Part shown: one piece after another, positions 9,095-17,712 of the stretch
Numbering within the stretch: position 1 is the stretch's first letter
Layout: every line of letters begins with the position of its first letter
Assembly (NCBI GenBank): GCA_034717975.1
Contig: JAYEMF010000089.1
Span: forward strand, 1 to 39,630
Origin: Campylobacterota bacterium
Lineage (GTDB): Bacteria; Campylobacterota; Campylobacteria; Campylobacterales; Sulfurimonadaceae
Direction: 5' to 3'
DNA: 39,630 nucleotides
Notes under the pieces: model-generated
What the model was told of the DNA's origin: nothing
The model's input: only the letters and a program-made list of their open reading frames with translations
Database searches by the model: none
Translations under genes and position numbers: made by a program

Positions 9095-9515
9095 GCGAGA
9101 GCGTCTCTTTTTCATCGACAAGGTATGTGGCCAGATAGTAGTGATTCCACTCATTGTTAATCGGCATCAGTGACCGGAGGCTGTCTTCCTTGTCTACCTC
9201 ATGAATGGTGAGTGGCGGGTATGCGTTCATCGTCAGATTTATACTCTCCGTTGTCAGGTTACTGTCATTTTTCTGGTATAAGGCGACTAAAAAGTATTCA
9301 CCATTCTCATCTTTATAGGATTCGGGCATCGTTCTGTTCAGGTAGATCGCCGAGATAATAACTTTTGCTTCGCTATTTTTCACGATAGTTGCTGTACGCA
9401 TATTGTTGACGGCGCGCTCATGTACATCATCCATTTTGAAGGGATCAAATGCCGTGCTTTTTGAGCAGCCTGTCATGATGAAAAGTGATGTTAAAAAAAT
9501 AAAAAAAATATGCAT
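9033..9515 (-). CDS. Hypothetical lipoprotein
   Basis: Hydrophobic signal with lipobox MTGC. Occupies the conserved position between slt and mobB. Confidence 0.75.
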   Translation of the reverse strand: MHIFFIFLTSLFIMTGCSKSTAFDPFKMDDVHERAVNNMRTATIVKNSEAKVIISAIYLNRTMPESYKDENGEYFLVALYQKNDSNLTTESINLTMNAYPPLTIHEVDKEDSLRSLMPINNEWNHYYLATYLVDEKETLSLTFESGLYGLAELTYRKDEQ

Positions 9516-9738
9516 AAAAATCTCTCTTTTGAACGCCAAATGAGCAAAGCCCATTTGACTACGCTGGCCGCTATGGCACTAAAGGCGATCTTGAGTCTCT
9601 TTCATAAAAAGGTTATGAAAGAAGGCTATCGTAAATGTTTTGGGAATTATACCAGAGTAACGTTGCCTCACCGGCTATTAAACATCTTTTTACCCATTCT
9701 TCACTATAATCAATTAAATTTTATACAGATGGAAAGAT

Positions 9739-10245
9739 ATGGCAGAGAAACGATTGGCCGTCGCATTTACCGGCCCCTCAAACAGCGGTAAGACTACGCT
9801 TATTTTGAAAGTCGCACGTAAATTGATCCATGACTATGGCAAAGAGGTCGCCATCATCAAAAATGATCCAAAAGATAAAGCGCGTTTTGACGTACCGGGA
9901 AAAGACAGTTATAAATTTTCCGATACCGGTGCCGAAGTGGCTGTCACCTCACCAACACGTACTACATTTTTCTCCCACCGTCATAAAGAGCTTGACGAGA
10001 TGGTGGAGATGTTTGGATATTTTGACATTTTACTGGTAGAAGGCCTTAAAAACCTTCCGCTTCCGCGTATCAGTATCTTCCGTGACAAAATCGATGAGGA
10101 GTACTTTCCCTATATGAATGCATTGGCTATCGATGACTCCATCGATGTGAATGCCTACGACCTTCCCGACAATGTAGCCCTGCTCGATCTTAACGATGAA
10201 GCAGAGGTCATTGAGTGGATATTAAACAATGCAAAGGAGATCTAG
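9739..10245 (+). CDS. mobB: Molybdopterin-guanine dinucleotide biosynthesis protein B
   Basis: Walker [18 protein letters not shown] and [15 protein letters not shown] at 9705-9710. Confidence 0.9.
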   Translation: MAEKRLAVAFTGPSNSGKTTLILKVARKLIHDYGKEVAIIKNDPKDKARFDVPGKDSYKFSDTGAEVAVTSPTRTTFFSHRHKELDEMVEMFGYFDILLVEGLKNLPLPRISIFRDKIDEEYFPYMNALAIDDSIDVNAYDLPDNVALLDLNDEAEVIEWILNNAKEI

Positions 10246-11093
10246 TGACTTTAGAACCAATTTTTAATGCAATCGAAACATCAGCCATGCGCATCCGCGA
10301 GGCGATTACCAATGAGGATTTTGACTACTCTGAGAATCTGAATGAATCGGGTGAGATGCAGCTCAAGCTTGACATTCAATGTGATCTGATCATCGCAGAA
10401 GAGCTGTCAAAACTTGAAATTATAAAAGCAATCGCCAGTGAAGAGAAAGAGGAAGAGGAGGTCTTCAACCCGGATGGCAAGTTGCTGATCGCCTACGATC
10501 CGCTCGACGGCTCAAGTCTGATCGACGTTGATCTCAGTGTCGGAACGATTTATGGTATCTATGAAGGTGAGTGGGATGCCAGCCATATGATCGCATCGGT
10601 CTATATTGTCTATGGCCCGCGAACCGAGATGGTAACGGCTTACAAGAATCAGGTTCGCCACTATATCTTCCGTCATGGCCGTTTTAAAGAGCAGGAGGTT
10701 TTAAAACTCGGAGAGAAAGGGAAGCTCATGGGACCAGGCGGTACACAGCAGTACTGGCCTTCATACCATAAAGAGATGATAGACGGTTTCTTCAAAGAGG
10801 GGTATCGTTTACGCTACTCCGGCGGGATGGTTCCTGATCTTCATCAGCTTCTTATCAAAGGTGGTGGACTTTTCAGCTATCCGAGTACAGATGACAAGCC
10901 TGATGGCAAGCTCCGCAAGCTTTTTGAAGTCTTTCCATTTGCCTTTATCTACGAGATGGCCGGTGGTGAAGCAACGGATGGGCACACTCGTCTTATGGAG
11001 TTGCCATGTAATGACCCGCATGAGACAACCCCATGCTTTTTCGGATCGAAATATGAGATGCAGCGGGTGAAAGATGTCTACGGAAGCAACTGA
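10245..11093 (+). CDS. fbp: Fructose-1,6-bisphosphatase class 1
   Basis: [20 protein letters not shown] and GKLRKLFE motifs. GTG start after SD AAGGAG. Confidence 0.95.
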   Translation: MTLEPIFNAIETSAMRIREAITNEDFDYSENLNESGEMQLKLDIQCDLIIAEELSKLEIIKAIASEEKEEEEVFNPDGKLLIAYDPLDGSSLIDVDLSVGTIYGIYEGEWDASHMIASVYIVYGPRTEMVTAYKNQVRHYIFRHGRFKEQEVLKLGEKGKLMGPGGTQQYWPSYHKEMIDGFFKEGYRLRYSGGMVPDLHQLLIKGGGLFSYPSTDDKPDGKLRKLFEVFPFAFIYEMAGGEATDGHTRLMELPCNDPHETTPCFFGSKYEMQRVKDVYGSN

Positions 11094-11271
11094 GCGTTTT
11101 GAACAGCGTCTCGATACGACGATGCAGAGTATGCAGTCGTGTCAGAAAGAGAAAAATGTCACCAGCTGCAGCGAATGTGACGAGTTTATCGGCTGCAGTG
11201 TACGTAAAGAGTATGTCCAGTCTGTTTATGACAGCATGTCCAAAGGTGAGACCGGCGGATTTGAATTTTAA
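11074..11271 (+). CDS. Small four-Cys conserved hypothetical protein
   Basis: CQ..SCSEC..GC and a GGFEF C-terminus. Lies between fbp and metG as in other Campylobacterota. Confidence 0.75.
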   Translation: MSTEATERFEQRLDTTMQSMQSCQKEKNVTSCSECDEFIGCSVRKEYVQSVYDSMSKGETGGFEF

Positions 11272-11375
11272 TGCCCTGCAGCAACAGTATCCTGAATCCA
11301 GTTCAGGTATAGACCGTACACATTCTATATGACGATTAACTGATCTAAAATTTACAAAAGAAGAGAAACACCTAT

Positions 11376-13307
11376 ATGAGCACCTACATTACTACCCCTA
11401 TTTATTATGTCAATGGTGAAGCCCACATCGGTCATGCCTATACAACGTTTATAGCAGATATGATGGCCCGTTTTGCACGTTTGCGCGGTGAAGATACCTA
11501 TTTTTTGACCGGCACGGATGAGCATGGTCAGAAGATCGAAGAGTCTGCCGAGAAACATGGCAAATCACCGCAAGACTTTGCTGATGAGATCTCTGCCCTG
11601 TTTAAAAACCTCTGGGATGAGTTTGGCATAAGTTATGATCAGTTTATCCGTACGACCGATGCGGAGCATAAACAGGGTGTTCAAAAGGCATTTGAGAAGA
11701 TGTTTGCCAAAGGCGACATCTACAAAGGCCATTACGAAGGTCACTACTGCGTCAGCTGTGAAACATTCTTCCCGGAGATTCAGCTGATTGACGGCGAGTT
11801 CTGTCCGGACTGCGGTCGTGCGACGAGCACGGTCAAAGAGGAGAGCTACTTTTTCAAACTCTCCGATTATGAACAGAAACTGCTTGATTATTATGAGGAG
11901 CATCAAGACTTTATCTTGCCGAAATCACGCCGTAACGAGGTGATCAACTTTGTCAAAGGCGGACTGAACGATCTTTCTGTAACCCGTACCAGCTTTACCT
12001 GGGGTGTCAAAGTTCCGGAATCACTGGATGATGAGAAGCACGTTATGTACGTCTGGCTCGATGCCCTGCTCAACTATGTCACTGCCCTTGGTTATGGCGG
12101 CGATGAAGCAAACATGAATTACTGGCCGGCCACTGTGCATCTTGTCGGAAAAGATATTTTACGTTTTCATGCAATCTACTGGCCGGCATTTTTGATGAGC
12201 CTAGATCTGCCACTGCCTAAACATATCGGTGCGCACGGATGGTGGACACGCGACGGCGAGAAGATGAGCAAGTCCAAAGGCAATGTAGTTTCACCAAGAG
12301 AGGTTGCTGATGCTTACGGACTCGAAAACTTTCGCTACTTTATGATGCGTGAAGTACCGTTTGGGCAGGATGGCGACTTTTCTCAGCGTGCGTTCATTGA
12401 CCGTATCAACTCTGATCTCAGTAATGACCTGGGCAACCTGCTAAACCGTATTATCGGGATGAGTGGCAAATACAGTGATTTTCATATCGACAGTAAAGAT
12501 GTAGCCCGCCTGCACGCCAAAGAGATCGCAGAGATGGACAGCATCCTCGACGGTCTTGAGCGTTTTATGGATGAAGTTCAGACGCACCGCTACCTTGAGG
12601 AGCTGTGGCGCCTCTTTACGATTGGCAACAAGGCGATTGAAGAGCATGCACCATGGGTCAAGATCAAAGAGGGAAAAGCAGATGAAGCCCTGGCCACGGT
12701 GGCACTCGTTGCCAATATCCTTGCAAAAGCTTCGGTTATGCTGCATCCGTTTATGCCAGATACGACGGCAACCATTGCCGATGCGCTTGGATTTGAGATC
12801 AATACGGCCAGTTATCAGAAACTGGTAAAAGAAAAAGCACTGATTGATCCATTTACGATCAAAAAAATACCGCCGCTCTTTCCTCGTGTGGATGAGCCGT
12901 TGATGGCCGAAGCTCCTGCAGCACAGCCCAATATCAAAGAGGATCAGCCTCCCAAAGAGGAGAGCGCAGAAGAACCGGATAACCTGATCACCTTTGACAG
13001 GTTCTTTGAGACAACCTTGAAGATCGGTACCGTGGTGGAAGCCGAAGAGGTGCCAAAAAGTAAAAAACTACTTAAACTTCAGGTTGACCTTGGCGAAGAG
13101 AAACCGCGTCAGATCGTTGCCGGTATCAAAGACTTTTACACAGCCGAATCACTTATGAATACGCAGGTGTGTGTTGTAGCCAACCTTAAACCGGCCAAAC
13201 TGATGGGTATCTTGTCTGAGGGAATGCTTCTTGCCGCCAAAGATGAAAACGGTCTCTCTCTTGTCAGACCGGAACATCAGCGAAAAGCGGGCAGCACCAT
13301 TGGATGA
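11376..13307 (+). CDS. metG: Methionine--tRNA ligase with C-terminal tRNA-binding domain
   Basis: YITTPIYYVN, HIGH, GTDEHG, Zn knuckle, YVWLDAL, KMSKS and a C-terminal OB fold. Confidence 0.98.
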   Translation: MSTYITTPIYYVNGEAHIGHAYTTFIADMMARFARLRGEDTYFLTGTDEHGQKIEESAEKHGKSPQDFADEISALFKNLWDEFGISYDQFIRTTDAEHKQGVQKAFEKMFAKGDIYKGHYEGHYCVSCETFFPEIQLIDGEFCPDCGRATSTVKEESYFFKLSDYEQKLLDYYEEHQDFILPKSRRNEVINFVKGGLNDLSVTRTSFTWGVKVPESLDDEKHVMYVWLDALLNYVTALGYGGDEANMNYWPATVHLVGKDILRFHAIYWPAFLMSLDLPLPKHIGAHGWWTRDGEKMSKSKGNVVSPREVADAYGLENFRYFMMREVPFGQDGDFSQRAFIDRINSDLSNDLGNLLNRIIGMSGKYSDFHIDSKDVARLHAKEIAEMDSILDGLERFMDEVQTHRYLEELWRLFTIGNKAIEEHAPWVKIKEGKADEALATVALVANILAKASVMLHPFMPDTTATIADALGFEINTASYQKLVKEKALIDPFTIKKIPPLFPRVDEPLMAEAPAAQPNIKEDQPPKEESAEEPDNLITFDRFFETTLKIGTVVEAEEVPKSKKLLKLQVDLGEEKPRQIVAGIKDFYTAESLMNTQVCVVANLKPAKLMGILSEGMLLAAKDENGLSLVRPEHQRKAGSTIG

Positions 13308-14308
13308 GACTTGAGAATGTTCTTGCACTTACACAGGGGTCACTGACTAACGATCCCTCTGTCACCTCCTTTGACGGCATCACTTTTAATGCCAAGAAAG
13401 TGAAGAGGGGCAATCTTTTTATAGCCTATGAGCCCTCCTCTATCGAAGAGGCTGTCTTGAACGGTGCTTATGGCATTATCTTCGACCGGCCTACCCAGAT
13501 CAGTGACAGCGAGATCGCCTGGATCAAAGTGACATCGGTTGAAGATGCCATGATGCGCCTGCTCCGATTTCATCTGCTTGAGAAAGAACTTGAAGTTTAT
13601 CAATGTGACCCCATCACCCTGAAGCTTGCCCAGCAGATAATGACTCCTTACAATTTTCTGGTACTCGACGGAAATACGACTGACGTCTTTAAAGAGCTGT
13701 GGTACTGTGACGATGGTATCACTGTTTTGTTTTCACCGGAATTGACAGACACGGACATTTTCACAACTATCAATGCCATCCCTGAGTTAGTCACATCATC
13801 CATTACTATTATTGAACAGACACTTTTTGAAACCTCTTTTATTTTTGATGATATATTTTACGAACGTCAGGTACTTTCACCTTTTTTCATTCCTTTTTTG
13901 GAGCGTCTGCTCGATTTCATGAAAAAGAAACAGATTGATTTCAGGCTGCGTTCTTTTCATGCCATCCCACATTTTGAGCCGGTCTTTACCAATGCCCGAT
14001 TTGAACCGCAGGACTTTGGTGAAAGTGACAAAGTGCTGATATTCGAACCGAGCATTGCTCTCGTAGAGTCCCAGATACACTTTTTGCAGCAGCAGGCACT
14101 CTGGGCAAACCTTATCTATATCCTGCCTGCGAATGCTTCTTTTTCCATGCACGACAATGCCAATGCCTACTACTACAGCAGTGAGGAAGAAGTGTTCGAT
14201 CTATTACGCAGCCACTTCTTTCATTTTGCCTTGATTGCCGGTCTTGACAGATCCTTTTTAGAAAACAGCGTACCAAATGTGCCTCAGCAGCTGACACTTG
14301 GTATTTAA
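13304..14308 (+). CDS. Conserved hypothetical protein with Mur-ligase N-terminal-like domain
   Basis: N-terminus (KKVKRGNLFIA...AVLNGAYGII) resembles the MurE/MurF N-domain. No P-loop seen. ATGA overlap with metG. Confidence 0.7.
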   Translation: MRLENVLALTQGSLTNDPSVTSFDGITFNAKKVKRGNLFIAYEPSSIEEAVLNGAYGIIFDRPTQISDSEIAWIKVTSVEDAMMRLLRFHLLEKELEVYQCDPITLKLAQQIMTPYNFLVLDGNTTDVFKELWYCDDGITVLFSPELTDTDIFTTINAIPELVTSSITIIEQTLFETSFIFDDIFYERQVLSPFFIPFLERLLDFMKKKQIDFRLRSFHAIPHFEPVFTNARFEPQDFGESDKVLIFEPSIALVESQIHFLQQQALWANLIYILPANASFSMHDNANAYYYSSEEEVFDLLRSHFFHFALIAGLDRSFLENSVPNVPQQLTLGI

Positions 14309-14331
14309 AACCTGCCCCGATGGAGTAAAAG

Positions 14332-15126
14332 ATGTATGAAAAAATAGAGACATTGGTCAAAAGCCAAAAATTTCAAAATTTTATTATTATCCTGATAATA
14401 TTGAATGGTATCACGATGGGGCTGGCAACCTCAAAAGAGATTATGTCAAATATCGGATCATTGTTAGAGCTGTTTGATGTCATCGTCATAACCATATTTG
14501 CCATTGAGATCATTCTTCGCATTTATGTTTTTCGACTCTCTTTTTTTAAAGACCCGTGGAGTTTGTTTGACTTTGTCATCGTATCGATCTCTCTGGTGCC
14601 GGTTACTCATGGTTTCGAGGTGTTCCGAACGCTGAGAGTATTAAGGCTGTTCAGAATCATCACCGTCGTACCGCAGATGCGAAAGATCATCTTGGCACTG
14701 GCCAGCGTTATTCCTGGCATGGGGGCTATTGCCGGGCTTTTGGTGATCTTTTTTTATGTCTTTGCCGTTATGGCTACACAGCTCTATGCAGAGAGTTTCC
14801 CTCAATGGTTCGGCAGTCTTGGAGAATCATTTTACACCCTTTTCCAGATCATGACACTTGAATCATGGTCGATGGGAATAGTCAGACCTGTGATGGAGAC
14901 TCATCCATATGCATGGATGTTCTTTGTTCCATTTATCTTTATTGTGACGTTCATCATGATCAACCTTATTGTAGCCGTTGTCGTCGATGCCATGAATGAG
15001 TTAAATACCGAAAACACTAGTGAGATTGAAAGAGAGATACACATTAGTGAGGATGCAAGAAAGCTTGAGTTTCAAAAACTTTCAGATGAGATACAGGAAC
15101 TTAAAGAGTTGATTAAGTCGAAATAA
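14332..15126 (+). CDS. Bacterial voltage-gated sodium channel (BacNav family)
   Basis: S4 [10 protein letters not shown], selectivity filter [19 protein letters not shown] and a C-terminal coiled coil. Confidence 0.93.
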   Translation: MYEKIETLVKSQKFQNFIIILIILNGITMGLATSKEIMSNIGSLLELFDVIVITIFAIEIILRIYVFRLSFFKDPWSLFDFVIVSISLVPVTHGFEVFRTLRVLRLFRIITVVPQMRKIILALASVIPGMGAIAGLLVIFFYVFAVMATQLYAESFPQWFGSLGESFYTLFQIMTLESWSMGIVRPVMETHPYAWMFFVPFIFIVTFIMINLIVAVVVDAMNELNTENTSEIEREIHISEDARKLEFQKLSDEIQELKELIKSK

Positions 15127-15169
15127 GGTCAGTTTAGTCTATTATGTATAAAATCAAAAAGGAGATTGC

Positions 15170-16417
15170 ATGTCATTCGCTGATGATGATAAACTTGTCA
15201 GTTATGATGTTGATTACCTGACAGGTTTGGAGAATCGTTTTGGGCTTATGGACTATCTCAAAGTCGAGACAAGCCGGACAAATATATTTCTTTTAAACCT
15301 GGATAACTTCTCCAGTCTTAACAAGGCCTACGGGTTCAATATGGGTGACAAAATCCTGATAGAAGCGGCTCGCCTTTTAAAGTTGCTCAAGCCGCAAAAT
15401 GCCCGTCTGTTCAGGTTTGATGGTGATGAGTTTGTCTTTGTCATAACAGACTTTATGAATTTCAGGCAACTGCAGGAGTTTGCTGCATCCATTATCTCGT
15501 TTTTCAATCAGAGTGTAGTAGAGATAGAAAAAATAGACCTGGAACTCAAACTCTCTTTTAGCGTAGGCATTGCCATGGGTAACGGCCTCAGTGCACTCAA
15601 ACATGCAAAGATGGCTATAAGCGACGTCAGAGCACACGCCAAAGGATCCTATAAGATCTACAGCGAGCGTTCGGATCATCTTGCCCATGAAGAGGAAGTT
15701 CTCTTCTGGGTCAATAAAATCAAACATGCCCTTGAAAATGAGAGTCTGACACCATTTTTTCAACCGATCGTAGACAACAAAACAGGTGAAACAGTAAAGT
15801 TCGAGTGTTTGGCGAGAATACAGGAGGGCAATGCCATTATCTCTCCGGGCATATTCATGGAGGCATCAAAGATAACCGGAACACTTTCGCTTGTCACGAA
15901 GATCATTATTAAAGAGAGTTTTAAAAAGTTTGCCGACAATGACTTCACATTTTCAATCAATATCACCGAAAGCGACCTTCATCTGGGATATCTGGAAAAC
16001 TACCTGCTTGAAAATTCCGAAAAGTACGGGATCGATCCTTCTCGTGTTGCCCTTGAGATACTCGAAGATATCACTACACTGGACGAGTCGGATATTTTGG
16101 CACAGATAGCTTCTGTCAGAAAACGCGGTTTTAAGGTATCTGTCGATGATTTTGGAGCAGAGAGCTCAAATCTCTCAAGGCTTTTGGAGTTCAACCCTGA
16201 TTTTCTCAAAATTGACGGCTCGTTTATCAAAGATATCCTGACCGATAATCAGAGTCAGATCATTGTCGAAGCAATTATAGACATCTGTCACAAAAGTGAC
16301 ATTAAAGTCATTGCCGAGTATGTTCACTCCCAAGCTGTTCTTGACAAGGTTGTTGAAATGGGTGTTGATTATTCTCAGGGCTACTTTCTTGGTGCTCCGC
16401 AAGGAGAGCTTCCTTAA
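15170..16417 (+). CDS. GGDEF-EAL protein, probable c-di-GMP phosphodiesterase
   Basis: DYLTGLENR with a degenerate DGDEF. FQPIV, ECLAR, DDFG, KIDG, AEYV and QGY motifs. Confidence 0.9.
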   Translation: MSFADDDKLVSYDVDYLTGLENRFGLMDYLKVETSRTNIFLLNLDNFSSLNKAYGFNMGDKILIEAARLLKLLKPQNARLFRFDGDEFVFVITDFMNFRQLQEFAASIISFFNQSVVEIEKIDLELKLSFSVGIAMGNGLSALKHAKMAISDVRAHAKGSYKIYSERSDHLAHEEEVLFWVNKIKHALENESLTPFFQPIVDNKTGETVKFECLARIQEGNAIISPGIFMEASKITGTLSLVTKIIIKESFKKFADNDFTFSINITESDLHLGYLENYLLENSEKYGIDPSRVALEILEDITTLDESDILAQIASVRKRGFKVSVDDFGAESSNLSRLLEFNPDFLKIDGSFIKDILTDNQSQIIVEAIIDICHKSDIKVIAEYVHSQAVLDKVVEMGVDYSQGYFLGAPQGELP

Positions 16418-17551
16418 ATGAATAGACGAACATTTCTTGGTACAGCTGCAGTGACCTCTGCTGCAGCAGTGATGACAGGGTGCAACGAAAGCAACCGTCA
16501 GGCGATCGACTACTCCAAGCATCCTAAAAAAAGCAGTGATGATGTAAAGAGCGTCAATATCAACCGAAATAAAAAAGTCACTTTGAAGCTGGCGACAAGC
16601 TGGCCGGCTCACTTTCCGATTATGGGAATCGGGGTTGAACGTTTTGCCGATCGTGTCAAAGCGGCCAGCGGCGGAACGCTTGAGATCAAACTCTATCCGA
16701 AGAACACCCTTATCCCTGCCCTTGCCGTCTTTGATGCTGCCAGCAGTGGACAGATCGATGCTTTTCACTCCGGTCCCTACTACTGGAAAGGAAAAAACAG
16801 CGCATTCTCTCTTTTTAGCGGGGTACCGTTCGGTTTTACCGCCGAAGAGATCAACTCCTGGATGACTTTTGGCAATGGCCTTACCATGTGGCGCGAGCTC
16901 TACGCGAAGTACAATCTCTACCCATTCCTCGGCGGTAATACCAATATCCAAATGGGGGGCTGGTTTCGGAAGCCAATTAACTCCCTGGAAGATATGAAGG
17001 GACTCAAGATGCGTGTGCCGGGTCTTGGAGGCGAAGTCTTTGCCAAGCTTGGTGTCAATCCGATCTTGCTGCCCGCTGGCGAGATATACACCTCGCTGGA
17101 GCGTGGTGTAATCGATGCAACCGAATGGGTTGGGCCGGCGTTAGATATCAAGATGGGATTTTACAAAGTGGCCCCCTACTACTACTCAGGCTGGCATGAA
17201 CCGGGCTCTGTCCTTGAACTGACCTTCAACAAGCACTCATGGGAGAAACTTTCCAGTGAACATCAGGCCATTATCGAAGCTGCATCGAGTGAGATGAACT
17301 CCAATATGACGCATGAATTCCATGCCGAGAATATTAAAGCACTTGAAGAACTAAGCAGTCACGGCGTCACACTTTCAAAATTCCCTGAGGATGTAATGGA
17401 TGCCGCCAAAACAGCACTTCTCAATGTTGTTGATGAGCAGAGTGCACTTAGTGAAGACTTTGCCCGTGTTTATGGGGATATTGAAGCTTATATGCAAAAG
17501 AGCCGAAAATGGAGTGATGTGAGTCTGGGGTATTTTTTAAATCAACGCTAA
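16418..17551 (+). CDS. TRAP transporter substrate-binding protein (DctP/TakP family), Tat lipoprotein
   Basis: MNRRTFL...MTGC signal. QMGGWF, GLKMR, GEIYTSLERGVIDATEW and GWHEPG motifs. Confidence 0.92.
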   Translation: MNRRTFLGTAAVTSAAAVMTGCNESNRQAIDYSKHPKKSSDDVKSVNINRNKKVTLKLATSWPAHFPIMGIGVERFADRVKAASGGTLEIKLYPKNTLIPALAVFDAASSGQIDAFHSGPYYWKGKNSAFSLFSGVPFGFTAEEINSWMTFGNGLTMWRELYAKYNLYPFLGGNTNIQMGGWFRKPINSLEDMKGLKMRVPGLGGEVFAKLGVNPILLPAGEIYTSLERGVIDATEWVGPALDIKMGFYKVAPYYYSGWHEPGSVLELTFNKHSWEKLSSEHQAIIEAASSEMNSNMTHEFHAENIKALEELSSHGVTLSKFPEDVMDAAKTALLNVVDEQSALSEDFARVYGDIEAYMQKSRKWSDVSLGYFLNQR

Positions 17552-17712
17552 ATCCCAACTTTTGGGTAGAGAGTTACCATTATCATACTTTTTTTGTATC
17601 TATCATATAAAGTTCAAATTTCAAGATAATTGAAGTAAAATACAAGAGTAAAAAGTGTATTGTTTAATATCAATTTTTGTGAGTAAAACAACAGATAGAT
17701 TGGAATACTTTT

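Noticed and set aside
16175..16951. Long antisense ORF (258 aa) and the other shadow ORFs in the track
   Set aside because: They overlap well-supported genes on the other strand or frame and have no motifs.
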